64,000 bases of DNA from Lingula anatina (taxonomy: Eukaryota > Animalia > Brachiopoda), in assembly GCA_051362555.1 (NCBI GenBank), contig CM120648.1, positions 11,838,587-11,902,586 of the forward strand. The letters are read 5' to 3'. Below the pieces are notes generated by a model, which was given only the letters and a program-made list of their open reading frames with translations, was not told the origin of the DNA and searched no databases. Every line of letters begins with the position of its first letter. The first letter of the stretch is position 1. The translations under genes were made by a program, and so were the position numbers. Of this stretch, positions 25,446-38,369 are shown piece by piece.

Positions 25446-26359
25446 CAGACTTTCCGACCTCAAACGTTTTCATTAAGTATGTAGGTCAGGGGGAGGGGTC
25501 TATCTTTTTAAACGACCGAAATATTCTCAAAATATTATGTTGTATATCAATAGAAAAGCTTATTTTGACAGCTTATTTCAAGTCATAACATTCATGTCAT
25601 AGTTACATAAGAGATACTTCTATAACACGAATAATGGAATAGACGGTTTGTTAAAGATATTAATGTACAATTTATGTGGAGCAAAATTAAAATGGAAAAA
25701 ACATACATTCTTGCTACTGTGTACTAGCCACATCTATAAACCTGCGCCGTCATTCAAATCACACATGGTCAGCTTTATGTCCTAGTTTAAAGGCAGGCAA
25801 TGTGTTTATTGGTAGCCTTCGTGTGTCTTATAGTGCCTTAGACCCATCATGATTCAACGTCCAAATACTGACAGTTTTTAATAGTTCTGAAATCTGAAAA
25901 ATCTCAAAACTAAATGAGAAAATGAAAAAAAAACAAAAAACTTTATGCTTTCCGTCACAGGACCGGAGCTCTTGAAACAATGTACACTATTTATAGAGCT
26001 TAAACTCACGGGTATCTACGAGAATATGGAAATAACAGCTTCAATAAACTCCAACGAGATAATCATGTGGGTGAGATATGTTACTCCGCCCACCCCACAC
26101 CCCATTGCAAATACACGCGTCACTCTCGAAATCATGGTCTAGAATGAAACATCATATCGACCTTTACGCATAATTTCCACATCCAACCAGAACTGAAACA
26201 TGTTTGGATACAATGTCACATGAAGTGGTAATATACTATGAAGTCGCCGGAGGGTCCTTATTTTTTAACCAATGAAGTCGCCTAGCTCTATCATGAAATA
26301 GTAATTTTTATCCTATGAAGTGGTAATATACATGTATTATGAAGTATCTTAACATACGT

Positions 26360-26527
26360 CAGGCCCGTAGCCAGGGGGGGTTCGGGGGGTTCGAAAGAAC
26401 CGCCCCTTTTGTTGGGAAAAGGTCCACTCTGGGTAAAATTTGATCTAGGTAGATAAAGTTTGTATTGGAAAAGGTCCACTTTTTCGGAAAAAGAACCCCC
26501 CTTTTGAAATTGCTGGCTACGGGCCTG
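26360..26527. mobile_element. MITE with 5-bp TSD (hAT5-like), copy 1
   Basis: TIR CAGGCCCGTAGCCAG / CTGGCTACGGGCCTG, TSD TACGT. Confidence 0.88.
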
Positions 26528-26818
26528 TACGTAATATTATTATCTTCTTACCAATTCTATTAATGTTTTCTTCCAGTACTTGCGTGTGGAATAAACATAA
26601 AATACACAGCCACTAGTCTAGTCGGACTCTTTTCTGTTTGACCAAGTATATCTTCACGGTGTGTAAATGTAAGTTATACATGTAGATAGACTCTGGGTCA
26701 GCGAGGGTTATGTGGCATACGCAAGTCACGTTACGCCAGTATCCAGGCCCCTCAAAATGATGACTTCAAACTATTTGACACTACTGACCTTCATACCTCT
26801 GAAGCAGATATATATATA

Positions 26819-27416
26819 TGTCAAAGGCCCGGACCAAATGTAGCCCCATGCATAAAAAGCCCAGACCCCATGTTTATTACGCCCTGGCTGGGCCCATTCT
26901 TTATGTTGTCTTTGCATTGTTAACAGCATAATGGGCAACCTAAATGACCAAGTTAATTGACCTAGTTAATTGGACAAGCTGCCAGTTTGTTTGTATGGCA
27001 TGTGCATTGGATGTATTAGATCAAGGCACAAATAAAGCCCACCTTTAATTTAACATTTCTTTAGTAAATGTTACTAAATCAATCTACATGTCTTTTCTTT
27101 AAACATTAAACATCTTAAAATTATTATCTTAAAGTATTATCCTCTGATGTATTTTACAAATCACAGGTAATAAAATACAAGTATATCTCATTTGCCACAC
27201 CTGTAAGTATCATAATATGTGCCTTGATCTAAGACATCCCCTGCACATGCCATACAAACAAACCGGCAGCTTGGCCAATTAACTTGGTCATTTAACTTGC
27301 CCATTATGCCGTTAACAATACAAAGACACCATAAAGAATAGGCCCAGCCAGGGCGTAATAAACATGGGGTCTGGGCTCTTTATGCATAGGACTAGATTTG
27401 ATCCGGGCCTTTGACA
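26819..27416. mobile_element. Non-autonomous DNA transposon with about 210-bp TIRs and TGT...ACA ends (Ginger-like) inserted in a TA run
   Basis: 26819-27030 is the inverse of about 27217-27416; absent from the paralogous site at about 20825 (GCAGATATACATGTG). Confidence 0.88.
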
Positions 27417-28235
27417 TATATATGTGTAGCTCTCAAAGATAGTCTGTATCTCATCAACAACATTAACGCGTGTACATGTATAGGGCCTTTATGTTTAATA
27501 GGTCGACAGAAAAGTGTCATTTTATACACATTTTTAATGGTTAATTTTTCTGGCAGTTCGGTCTACCAACCATCACACGATGTTTCCCACATCTCACGTT
27601 ACGCCTTGGTGGGCGTATTGTGCCCCCCCCTCCCCTACCATTTTCAAATGGCGAATTCACCCCAGTCCTTTGCCATCATAGTAAAGACAGAAGCCTTCTG
27701 GAGTAATAATACAACTCGTTTTAATAAGGGGACAACGTATTTAGACATATAACGTAACAATTTTCATAGGAGAAAAAATTGTAATCTGCAAACCACATAG
27801 CACGTTGCTATTTATAAAAACGTGTTGACAACGCCAAATATTCGTGTTAATTACTGGAATGGGGACAACATGTTAAATTATGTAGCGCAATTATTTTCAT
27901 ATGAATTAAAGAACAGTAAAATGTAATCCGCAAACCACATAGCACATTGTTTATTTAAAAAAAAAAACGTAATGACAACGTAAAATATTCTAAATACTTT
28001 TAGTATATAAACAGTGTATGGGGCAACAAAACAGTAGGGTTCAGCTTCATCAACGCTGGGTAGCCCTGTCCTATGGACAATGCTATTCTTGGGAAAATAC
28101 GTAATCCTTTGAATAAAGTTATGTTTCGCTCGATACTTATCTATATCTCCAACATTGCCATTCTGTAGTTAAGAATGGCCATCGTCTTCAGGATTGCCGT
28201 CCATATTATACCTATTGATGAAACTGGACCCTAAT

Positions 28236-28996
28236 CTGGTCCAATCTTCTGCGGCAACAGTTATTCATACGATGATAACCTCTCGTTTAGAATACTGCAA
28301 CCCTTTACTCTATGGCTGTACCGACGAACGAATAAAAAACTGCAGCGAATTCAGAATATTTAGTCCCGTCTTTTAACCCGCACAGCCAGGGAGACACATA
28401 TCACACACACTTTAAAGCAGTTGCACTGGCTCCCGGTTAGAGCACGCATTTTATTCAAAATTTTAACTTTTATGCATGCTATTTTTTTTACCAACCAGCG
28501 CCCCTGTGCCTACAAAAACTAATTCATCTTATCATCAATCGTTATGTTCCAAAACTTAGTTGAAAATCACTTGACCAGTTTTGCTCATGCCATGTAATGC
28601 CAGATGAAGGTCTTCAAGCCTATGGACCAAACGAATGGAACGATCTCCCAATATACTTAAAAACTATAGAGTCTGAGGACAATGTTAAAAAATAATTAAC
28701 ACTTTTATCTTTAAAAAATTTTATAGGTGATTTGACTGGCTGTTATCTTTTACATTGCATTTCACATTTTAATATCTTAATATCTAAACTGTCCAAGTAT
28801 TTATTCACATTGTACTCCACATTTTAATATCTTTAAATCTAAACTGTCCAAGTATTTATTTACATTGTACTTCACATTTTAATATCTTAAAATCGTAACT
28901 ACCTATTTATTAATTGACTTTATTCATCTAATTCTGTTCATTTTACCCATGTAATGTCTACTGAACATTTTATATGGATTGTAGACTATAAATAAA

Positions 28997-29043
<47 letters not shown>
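28236..29043 (+). mobile_element. 5'-truncated L2/CR1-clade LINE 3' end
   Basis: Degenerate ORF2 C-terminus (AATVIHTMITSRLEYCNPLLYG...HIT..LKQLHWLPVRARILFKIL), AATAAA and (ATT)n tail; absent from the paralogous site at about 21670. Confidence 0.88.
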
Positions 29044-29044
<1 letters not shown>

Positions 29045-29157
29045 CTTTTCAATACACGGGAAAGTTGATTAACGGATTTAATGCCGTGAGAGTAGATCAG
29101 AGATCAGCGAGACAATGTTCAATTAACTTTAATTCTACTCATTTCACATGCCATGTT

Positions 29158-30165
29158 TCACCAGTCTTTCTCCGTGTAAAACAGTTTCCAGTAGAATAAA
29201 GTTTGTCGCTTGATGATTTCTATTTGATCACCACTTAGCTGGTGTCTCCAGTTGTCGTTGACAGCTTTGGAATTAATATGGATATCATGGTACCTCTTGA
29301 TTTTTGATGGATTCTCTACCGACGTAATATTCTCCACCTTGTGGAGGATGGAATGTGTAAAGCGCATCCGGAGGAACTCCAGCATCCGGCGCGCCTCCCA
29401 CAGAGGATTGTCGCAAAAGTCCTCGTGCTTTGTAAAGTACCAAAATTTCGTCTGATTACCGTACAGCTTATACAGTCTGACAATTATCTGGAATTGGTAT
29501 TTGCGTTGGGCGAGGTATCTCATGATCGACTTTGTATGGCAGTAACGCGCCCTCCAATCTGACCTGCGAGCACAATCGCTGGCAATCAGAGCAGCCGGAT
29601 GGCGGATTTTTACGACAACCAACAAGGAGAACCTTTTCTGCAGACTGTCGGAAAATTTCAAAGCCATTGGATCTTTCAATATTAAACGGGTGTCCGTTCC
29701 GTTCCTGCATCTTGGGAACATTTCTAAGTAAAATCTCTCCCATCCTTTGATGTCCACTACCAAGTTGACATCGGCGTGCTTATAAACTTTCGGCTTTGCT
29801 GTAATATTACCGCAGTTGACCAGACGCTCACCGGGATTCATGGGCTCGTGGAGGTATTTCGTGTTTTCAGAGTAGCTGGCAATCTTCCCAGCTATCGTTG
29901 TCCCACTGCGCGGCGGACCTGTGATTAAAACATCGGACCGACTGAGCAAGTCCACATTGTCAGCGTCAGCGTCGGCGTCAGTCCTGCACCGACGATCTTT
30001 TTGCAATCCAGACGGGTAGACGTGTTCGTTACAAGTCCTCTCAGCGCCTCTGTTGGCTGCCTCGTTAAGATGTTCGTTCCTGATGAAGAGTGTCATAAAG
30101 GGAAAGACGAAGCACATGTTAACGAAGTAGAACGTTGTTGTGAATCTAGTCATCCGAAGACGCAT
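29158..30165 (-). CDS. Type II membrane PAPS-dependent sulfotransferase, 335 aa, intronless CDS (copy B)
   Basis: Near-identical paralog of 21922-22926 with the same motifs and an intact ORF. Confidence 0.9.
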   Translation of the reverse strand: MRLRMTRFTTTFYFVNMCFVFPFMTLFIRNEHLNEAANRGAERTCNEHVYPSGLQKDRRCRTDADADADNVDLLSRSDVLITGPPRSGTTIAGKIASYSENTKYLHEPMNPGERLVNCGNITAKPKVYKHADVNLVVDIKGWERFYLEMFPRCRNGTDTRLILKDPMALKFSDSLQKRFSLLVVVKIRHPAALIASDCARRSDWRARYCHTKSIMRYLAQRKYQFQIIVRLYKLYGNQTKFWYFTKHEDFCDNPLWEARRMLEFLRMRFTHSILHKVENITSVENPSKIKRYHDIHINSKAVNDNWRHQLSGDQIEIIKRQTLFYWKLFYTEKDW

Positions 30166-30370
30166 GGTTACGTCTATATCAGCTGTCCAACTGTCTTGTA
30201 GTTAAGTATTTAATTTCATTCCTCTTCTGTGTGCTCTCTCACTAACCAACTTATAACTTGCATACTGCAAAAAAGGAAAAAAGTTGTTTGTATGCAACCA
30301 GCCAGAGCATTCTTTGTCAGTTAGTGGCCAGTGTTTTCTTTTTTATATGTGTAAATGTCGGTGGTTTTAT

Positions 30371-30522
30371 GGTTCAATAGTCCGAAGGTTCGTTGGTCCG
30401 AATATTCACTATAGAACCTTCGGACCAATGAACCCTTGATTAAAAAATCGATGAAAATGTTACCACTTTTCGGACCAATGAACCTTCGGACCAATGAACC
30501 TTCGGACTATCGAGACACCCCC
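30371..30522. mobile_element. MITE-like insertion with 15-bp subterminal repeats
   Basis: TCGGACCAATGAACC repeated at the right and inverted at the left; absent from copy A (about 23130). Confidence 0.7.
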
Positions 30523-30572
30523 ATTGATATAAGGCTTTTGTTTCACTTATACACTTGCACAGGATTCATTTT

Positions 30573-30611
<39 letters not shown>

Positions 30612-30612
30612 G

Positions 30613-30848
30613 TTACCTCCGCCAAGGAGGTTATGTTTTCATCCCTGTTTGTCTGTCTGTTTGTTTGTCATCAACTCACAAAGTTATGGACCGATTTTGA
30701 TGAAATTTTCAGGAACTGTCAGAAGTGGGCCAAGGAAAAGATGATAAGTTTTTGGTGGTGATCCGGATCAATAATCAATCAGTAATCAATAATAATCAAA
30801 AATCGCTGCCTTGGCGGAGGTCTGCGCTCTCGGAGTGCTTTTCTAGTT
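30613..30848 (+). mobile_element. Helentron-associated HINE (DINE-1-like) element
   Basis: Subterminal inverted repeats ACCTCCGCCAAGG / CCTTGGCGGAGGT, (GTCT/GTTT)n tract, 3' hairpin GCGCTC-TCG-GAGTGC, CTAG end, inserted at a TT; absent from copy A (CATTGTTATTTATAG). Confidence 0.88.
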
Positions 30849-32044
30849 ATTTATAGTTTTCTTTGTCTAAACACGTTATTGTAAATCGTTCAAATTTCAC
30901 GTATCATTTTCAGTAGAGTCCGCTTTCAATTGCATCATCTTAAGTTATTCACACTAAGTTTTCAAAATTTTCAGTGTACGTCATATGATTATCTTCTTAC
31001 TAATTCTACTTTAACATCAAAATGTTTTTCTTCCAGTACTTGCGTGTGGAATAAACAAAATACACAGTTAATAGTCTAGTCGGACTCTTTTCTGTTTGAC
31101 CAAGTGCATCTTCACGGTGTGTACATGTAATAAGCAGTTGACAGGTGTGACAGGAATAGTAGTCCGCTAGGAACCGTGGTCCGCTCCCTATTACTCTGTA
31201 CTGTACAGGTGACATTGGTCCCATATACAATGCTCCAGACAAATCCTAACCTGTACTAATCATATTGGACCCCAGACTTCCTTTCCTGACTTTCCTAGGA
31301 CTACCATTCCTGTCAAACCTGAACCGCGGAAATTTGGTAAAAAAATAAAATTACAATCAGGCTCGAAATACGGACACCATTGTGTACTTTTTTGGTTGGA
31401 TATTGCTTTTATACTCCTCCCCAGATTCGTGGTCAAAATATTTACGTGGAAATCCAACGCAGACAACAATAACCAGTTCCAATCATTTAATGTTCACTCG
31501 TTGCTAGCTCAAGTACATTCTGACGATCTGTGGGGAATCCCACTCTTTGATCTCAAACCAAGAAAAAAGGATTCTCGAACTTGACTCCCAAATCAGATTA
31601 TAACAAACAAGGCGACTTTGCCTCGTTAGACTTCAGACAACGTATTATGAAGAATGACAAACTATAAACAAAGACATTTCGTGAAATTACGGAAAGATGA
31701 ACGGACGTAAATACGCACAAATCATTCAATAGATCCACAAAAGAACAACACCACATGTTTTGAGCATCACAGATAATTTCTAGTACCTACCGTCACACCA
31801 CCAGGCTACGTTTTAAAAAGAGAATTAGATTCAAACGATGGACCATATACATTCCTTGCGTGGCTCCATTCCGATAAAATGCAAAATGTATGCACAACAA
31901 GTCTAACGAAGATTGACATGTCTTCCCTATACCTTGTAAATTACAAACTAAGACAATTAAACCGCCACAAACGCCCCCCTTCACCGGCATGCAGTAAAAA
32001 CCCATCGCCTCAGTTAATGGTGTGAACGCTATTTCCATTAACTC

Positions 32045-32607
32045 TTACACCCCATTTCCATAGATTAGATCGACCTACTTTGGATCGACCTAACTCCCTG
32101 GGGGTTCGCGCTGAATAGCTGTCAGCCAGGCGGACACGAAAGTTAATTGCCCCTTACGGCTTGTAGTGGGCGGGGACGGACACTTAAGGGGGATTATCTG
32201 ACGGTAGTCTGGTGAGACTCCCCGCGGTGATAGATCGATCTAAAGTTGTGGGAATAGACCCTTAAATGCCATCATAGCGTACCAAACCTTACAGATGCAA
32301 ATTAAGCGAGTAGAAATGTCAAATAATTGCCACTAAACCCAAATGCCTTCACATAGACTGGGTTCCTATGCCTAGATCGATCCACCTGGATCGGTCTAAC
32401 TCCCTGGGGAGTCTCACTGAATTGCAATCAGCTCAACCAGCTTGAATATCTGTCACACCTACCGAATAAGCTAGGGAGTAAAGATAATTGCCCGATAACA
32501 GCTTTAATAGGCGTGACAGACATTTGAGTCAGATAAGTTGATAGCCATTTAGTGAGACTCCCCAAGAAGAAAGAATGATCCAAATATCTTTGGGAATGGT
32601 CCCTTAA
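32045..32607. mobile_element. Two adjacent palindromic MITEs of one Tourist/Harbinger-like family (about 32045-32265 and 32358-32607)
   Basis: Shared TAGATCGA...CTCCCTGGGG...GTGAGACTCCCC...GGGAAT..CCCTTAA; relatives at 36300-36530, 41851-42090 and 47957-48253. Confidence 0.7.
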
Positions 32608-33611
32608 AGAAATATTATGGGGTTCAGTTCCATCGTTTCCTTCCGTTCCATTTTTGTTCTGTTACGAGCTCCGAAAGGACGAATAAGTACCTGCTGCAAG
32701 TCAAGTTTACGACCAGACAATTTAAGGTGCTGTTTTAAAGCCCATTTCTGCTGACCAACGGATTAATTTGGGTTCTTAGTTGGAATATATTTGAGTTATG
32801 TAAGAAACTGGTAGCAGTAATTTGCGTGTTACAGCGAATGCACACAGCTATAAGCCTGGCTTGTTATGTATTTTTAATGAAACCATTAAATGACACACAT
32901 GCGTGCCTTCATATACAGTGTAATAACTACTCTAATAAATGTTTTTTTAATAGAATTCCTGCTGTGATGTTCTTTGTAGTAGTATATGCATAATAATATC
33001 GCCAACAACACTTATTAATATCATGTAAGAAGTATAGATGCTGTCTTGAGGTGGCTTTGGATGGCCTTGGGCTGACCTTGAGCAGACTCAAACTTTCTCA
33101 GTTTTGGCACACAATCTTAAATAAAAAATGCTATTGCCTGTCTATGTGACTTCTGACAGGTCAGTCTGTGATGTGTTTCAAACCATTTCCTTGCGAGTGT
33201 AAAAATGTTTATAGATTTTGTTTTAAAAAGTCTAAAATAATAAATTTTGAAGACTGCTAACCACACTTACCGGTAATGTGCCAATTTTTATAAGTCGTCT
33301 GTAAAAATCTCAGCTCTTTGTCCTTTCGGTGTAATATATACCACTTCTAACCAAAAGGCTAATAAGGCTAATTTGACATTGGCGTTTTTGAAAGGGCTGT
33401 CTTGTTTGCTTAGCAGTCACAAAAGAGTAGACAGGGGTCAATTTGGGTGCTCCTATTGTCCGGCCTTCAACAGACAATAGACGGCGTGAAGTGGGTGGAA
33501 CTAGTTAAAAAAATCTAAGTACTATGCCACTGGTGACGAAGAAAATGCAGGGTGTGGATAAGTCTACGTCATTACTACTGGCATGAGACATTGAATGACG
33601 CTCTTTTATGT

Positions 33612-33777
33612 CAGGCCCGTGGCCAGCAATTTAAACAGGGGGTTCTTTTTCCAGAAAAGTAGACCTTTTACAGTGAAACCTTTCTGTACCCAGATCAAAT
33701 TTTACCCAGAATGGATCTTTTCCTGAAAAAAAGGGTGGTTCTTTCTAACCCCCCGAACCTCCCTGGCTACGGGCCTG
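33612..33777. mobile_element. MITE with 5-bp TSD (hAT5-like), copy 2, inverted
   Basis: CAGGCCCGTGGCCAG...CTGGCTACGGGCCTG, TSD TATGT. Confidence 0.88.
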
Positions 33778-35220
33778 TATGTGTACCATAAATACAAAAT
33801 AACATAGACCATCGCTCCCTTTAAAGATTTTTATTTCACCAGGGTGGAAACATCAAAACTTGATACAAACACACGATGAAATGGAAATTGTTTAAGTAGT
33901 AATAATATGTAACAATTTTAAAGACAGTGATCAGTATTAATAACATATAACAATTTAAAAACGGTGATCGTTCCATATGACTCATAAAGTTGATAAATAC
34001 AAATGTAGTTTTTTACAACATCATCTTTCACCAAATTCTATTTTAACATCACTGAATGCATTCAAAGTTTAAAGACAGAACAGTAAATATCTTCATTTGA
34101 ATTACTAACAAGGCCGTAAGAAACATTTAATAAACTGGACAAGAGAAAGGTTGTCAACAAGAAATAGCTAGCTGGAATACAACACGATAAAAAACTAACA
34201 AATGTACAGTATTCCTGGAATAGAAAGGGATAAGATGACAGGAAATGCTGCTAGATATATATATAGAACAAAACTAGGTCATTGTAGATTAGAGAACATT
34301 AAAATTAGGTCACAAATAGTTGAAGGGGGATAGAATATTGCCGGTGTAATTGAAAAAGAAAGAAAAACACAACAGCACTGCTCCAGTTACTGCCTAATGT
34401 GCAATTATTTCAATGAAAAAAGTAAAAATATCTGACAATGAACAAACATGTTTTGTGACTCAAGTTATAAATAGATATTAAAAGAATCAGATATAAGCTT
34501 TCATTGAAAAAGTAGAATTAAATCCAATGAGGTCACAGCTTTAATGACAATATAACAAGAGTAAAGTCATTTTTTTATAAACATGTCAAAGTTATGGATG
34601 AAATGAACAGACCATTAACTGGGTCACCATGGAATAAAGGCCATAACTGGGCGGGAAATAATGGAAAATGATGTACAGTAAAACAGGCCATTGCATTAGA
34701 TGAGAAACTGGGTGAGATTTTCAACACAATCCTATGGCAGAATGAATACCCATAGACTGCAGAGATTAGCTAATGTCTTTGATATACAAACATGAGAAAA
34801 TAGATATATACTAGTAAAAGGAACAATGTATCACAGTAGCACAATATTTAACATGTCTGCTAATGAAATGCCTTTCACTGAAATTGGTTTATAAATTCAA
34901 CATATTTAAACTACTTTGTCGCTAACCATAAAAGCTTAACCTACTTTAACTGCCTGATAAAACATTACCTTAGATATATCTTTAAATATTAGTACAAATA
35001 CACCATCAACTTGAAAGTTTGGCAGGTGCAGTAAAAACATTTTTTGACTTGGAAAGTGAAAAAAAAGATGGGTGTTTGATTAAACACCACAGAGTATCTT
35101 TCTACTAAATGCTTGCCAAAGTGGACAAAAACAAAATTCAGTAATATAAACACCAAGCTACATCTACATCTTGAACAACTACTTAAAAACCTCCCACTAC
35201 ATTCTGCATGCATCATACTC

Positions 35221-35482
35221 GGGCCTTATAAACGGATTAGGCATTTACTAACACTACCCGCAGATCTTTTAGCACTTACACCCATATTAACCACATAACT
35301 CACAAATTAACCAACACTACCAGAGCGGATGAATGTTAGTGCTAGGTATCACTTTGTTGATGCTAAATAATTGTACAGTGTCTTGGTCAATTTGTGGCTT
35401 TTGTCATTAATACGTGTGTTAGTGCTAAAAGATCCGCAGTTAGTGTCAACTTAGTAAATGCCTCATCTGTTTATAAGTCCTC
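35221..35482. mobile_element. Palindromic MITE
   Basis: Long imperfect inverted arms CTTATAAAC..AGGCATTTACTAA..GATCTTTTAGCACT / AGTGCTAAAAGATC..TTAGTAAATGCCT..GTTTATAAG. Confidence 0.75.
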
Positions 35483-36299
35483 CATTTCTGCTACATTATC
35501 ACATGTGTAATTAGGGGAGCCAAAGTTTCCCTAAAGTAGACCCCTGTGTCGGGTGGGTGGGTGGGATCAGGCATTCTGGGTTGTAACAGAATCTGACTAG
35601 CATTTGGGCAAATAAGCATTAGATCTTCAGATATATTTTTTATCAAGTTACTACCGTACAAATATCACATCTAAATCAAAAGCACACAGCCTTAAGCCAA
35701 TTTCTTTACAAAAGTGTACAATAAAAGTTAAATACTAAGCACTGCCTCTTAATAAATATTTCCCAAATATAACTTAAGACATGTAAGATGTACAAGGTGT
35801 AAATAGAAAAAAAGAAGCTAACAAATAACTTGTTTTCAATAAATAAGTAGCTTTAACAGAATATATGAAGCTTCTATATGAGAGCTATGAAGACAAACAA
35901 AACAAAATATACAAAATGTATAACATAGCAAGATAACTATATCTAAATAATAATTTATGTTACCACAGAATTTAACTAATCATAAAAAAGGACCAAAATG
36001 TAACATTAAACAATCCAAGCTTAACTTAAATAATTCAAAGATGTTTATACAGTGAAACAACGAATTTGCTGAAGGTTAACTTACATCTATAATTCAGGTG
36101 AAAAAATTAAGCATTTAATATGCCTTCACATTATGAATACTTAATTGTCGGTATGGTGACATTTCAAAGTATTAAAACAGATTCTGTTGGAAAATTGTAG
36201 CTATGATATTTAATGTTGATAATTCTGTACAAGACATCATCATTTTGATGTCATATATATATTTATGATGTCACACATTTTTAATGACATCCTATGCCA

Positions 36300-36530
36300 T
36301 ACACCTCATTTCCATAGATTTTTAGATCGATCTATCCCTGTGGGGAGTCTCACTAGATTACTGTCAGCTTGGCTGGCTTAAGCATCTGTCCCGCCTACTA
36401 AAAGCTGTAAGGGGGTAATTAACTATGGTGCCCGCTCGGCTGACTGCAATTTAGCGTGAACCCCCAGGGAGTTAGGTCGATGTAAATCTTAATCTTTAGA
36501 TCGATCTAAATCTCTGGGAAAGCACCCTTA
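36300..36530. mobile_element. Palindromic MITE, same family as 32045-32265, inverted
   Basis: TTTAGATCGATCTA..GGGGAGTCTCAC...CCCCAGGGAGTTAGGTCGA..TAGATCGATCTAAA. Confidence 0.7.
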
Positions 36531-38369
36531 GTGGTCAAAGCTATGAGTATTGGCCAAAACACTCAGAACAAGATTTTACAATGTCTGACTGTAAATCAGT
36601 TTTAATACAATGGAATAAGACACTGAATTTATAATTATAGTCCTCCTAAGACCCCAGTCATATTTGGCTGTAATGGCTGCCAATGTCACATCAGCATCCA
36701 AAAATGAGATCTTTACTTATGTTACTGAGGTTTCTGAAGAAGTGAATCAAAGTTACCGAGATAAAAATCAGCACTACATTCATTGAATTCCTAGACACAT
36801 CTTTGTTGAAAACAGCTGCCTAATGTTAGCGTTAACTACTCAAGTTTAGAAATTAACTTTCATAGTAATAAATAAATGAAAACATAAAAGAATTAACTTT
36901 TTCCCATATCAGCAAGGTATGCCATATCTAAAACCCTTGAGAAAATTGAATTACAAAACATAAACCTTTAAACATTAACTATTTCTCATTTATAACTTTT
37001 TTAACCTTTGATCCTGACCACTTCCAAACTTTTAAAAACATCAATGCAAGTTACAATTCATTGTGAAGATATGAATAATATATGTACCAGATAACATTAA
37101 AAACAGCCATGACCATAAGAAAAAAAGGAAAAGGTAATGCCTTCATTCTGATGAAAAAACAGCACAACATGCAGCCACTATGTGTGATAAACATGGAGAA
37201 AAAGTGTTATTTTAGAAAGTGTTTTAGATGTGACAGTGTGTTAGATGTGACAGAGCATAAGATGTGACATATGGTGACATTAGAGAATTAAAAATGGGCA
37301 ATAATGTATTACATATGAAATTGTATGAAAATAATAGAATGTGTTTGGAAAATTGAGGGGTGGCTTTTTTTTTAAATACATAATCTACCTTAAGTATCCG
37401 AAGGCCAATTGAGCATCTCAACTAACACAATGTCACCTCTAATATTCAACACAATGACTCATCTACAGCAATTCACACCCCATCCTACACAATTACTGTC
37501 ATACTGAACATTCATACTGCACACCAAACATCTTGATACTGTCACACCTAACACATTCAAACTGTCACATCTAGCACATTTTTTCTGTCACGTCTAGCAC
37601 AATCAAACAGTCACACCTACCACAAGACAACATCTAAAACATGCTCTTTACATGTAATAGCAGCCAGCTGCAAATGCCACAACACAGAGATGGAAAACAA
37701 CTACTAATCTGAAATATTTAAAAATTATGATTTTAACATTATAGACAAAATGGCAGTAAACAATATTGGACTTTTCATCCCTGTGTTAGCTTTGTGAAAC
37801 ACTTAGTCTTTCTATCAAAGTCACAAACTTCATAAAAAAGGGAAAAAATATTACAGTGGCTGTTTGTGCTGATGTTTTGTGCTGTTCTTAACCCAGAGAA
37901 AATGTGGAAATCTATCCAAGGCTTTGAGACATTTATCAGTGAGAAGCTGACATGAGGTAGAAAAGAGCTTGTTATGAATTATAGAATTGGTATTGTCTTG
38001 ATTGTGTTTAAAGTGACATAGGGCATTGTGGTGTCCCTCTGGTGGGAGTTTTGAATCATGGGATGTGAGGAATCTATGTTGGTAGTAAACAAAGAGTTGT
38101 GTACTGTTGTATGGTGTTTTGTTACATGAGCAAAGGCAAAAGTCCTCTGTACGTGACAGAGCTCAAGTAGTAACTGGGCACCACCTTTTGGGATCTGTCC
38201 ATTTAAAAAATCTTCTGGAAAAAGAGGGCATTTTTTCACCTCTGAAGTATATTTTCTTACAAATTTAACATTTTTTTCATCCAAATAAAAAGGCAATGTT
38301 AATCGATGACTGTCTCTTTTACCATTATCAAGTGTCATGCCATTACCTGTGTCAGGCTTCTGGTAGATA

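Larger units (their letters stand above)
20741..31130. repeat. Tandem segmental duplication carrying the two sulfotransferase genes (copy A about 20741-26670, copy B about 26726-31130)
   Basis: Shared start GTCACGTTAC...ATCCAGGCCCC..AAATGATGACTTCAAAC; colinear flanks up to 23371/30982; shared block 26538-26670 vs 30989-31130. The copies differ by insertions. Confidence 0.9.
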
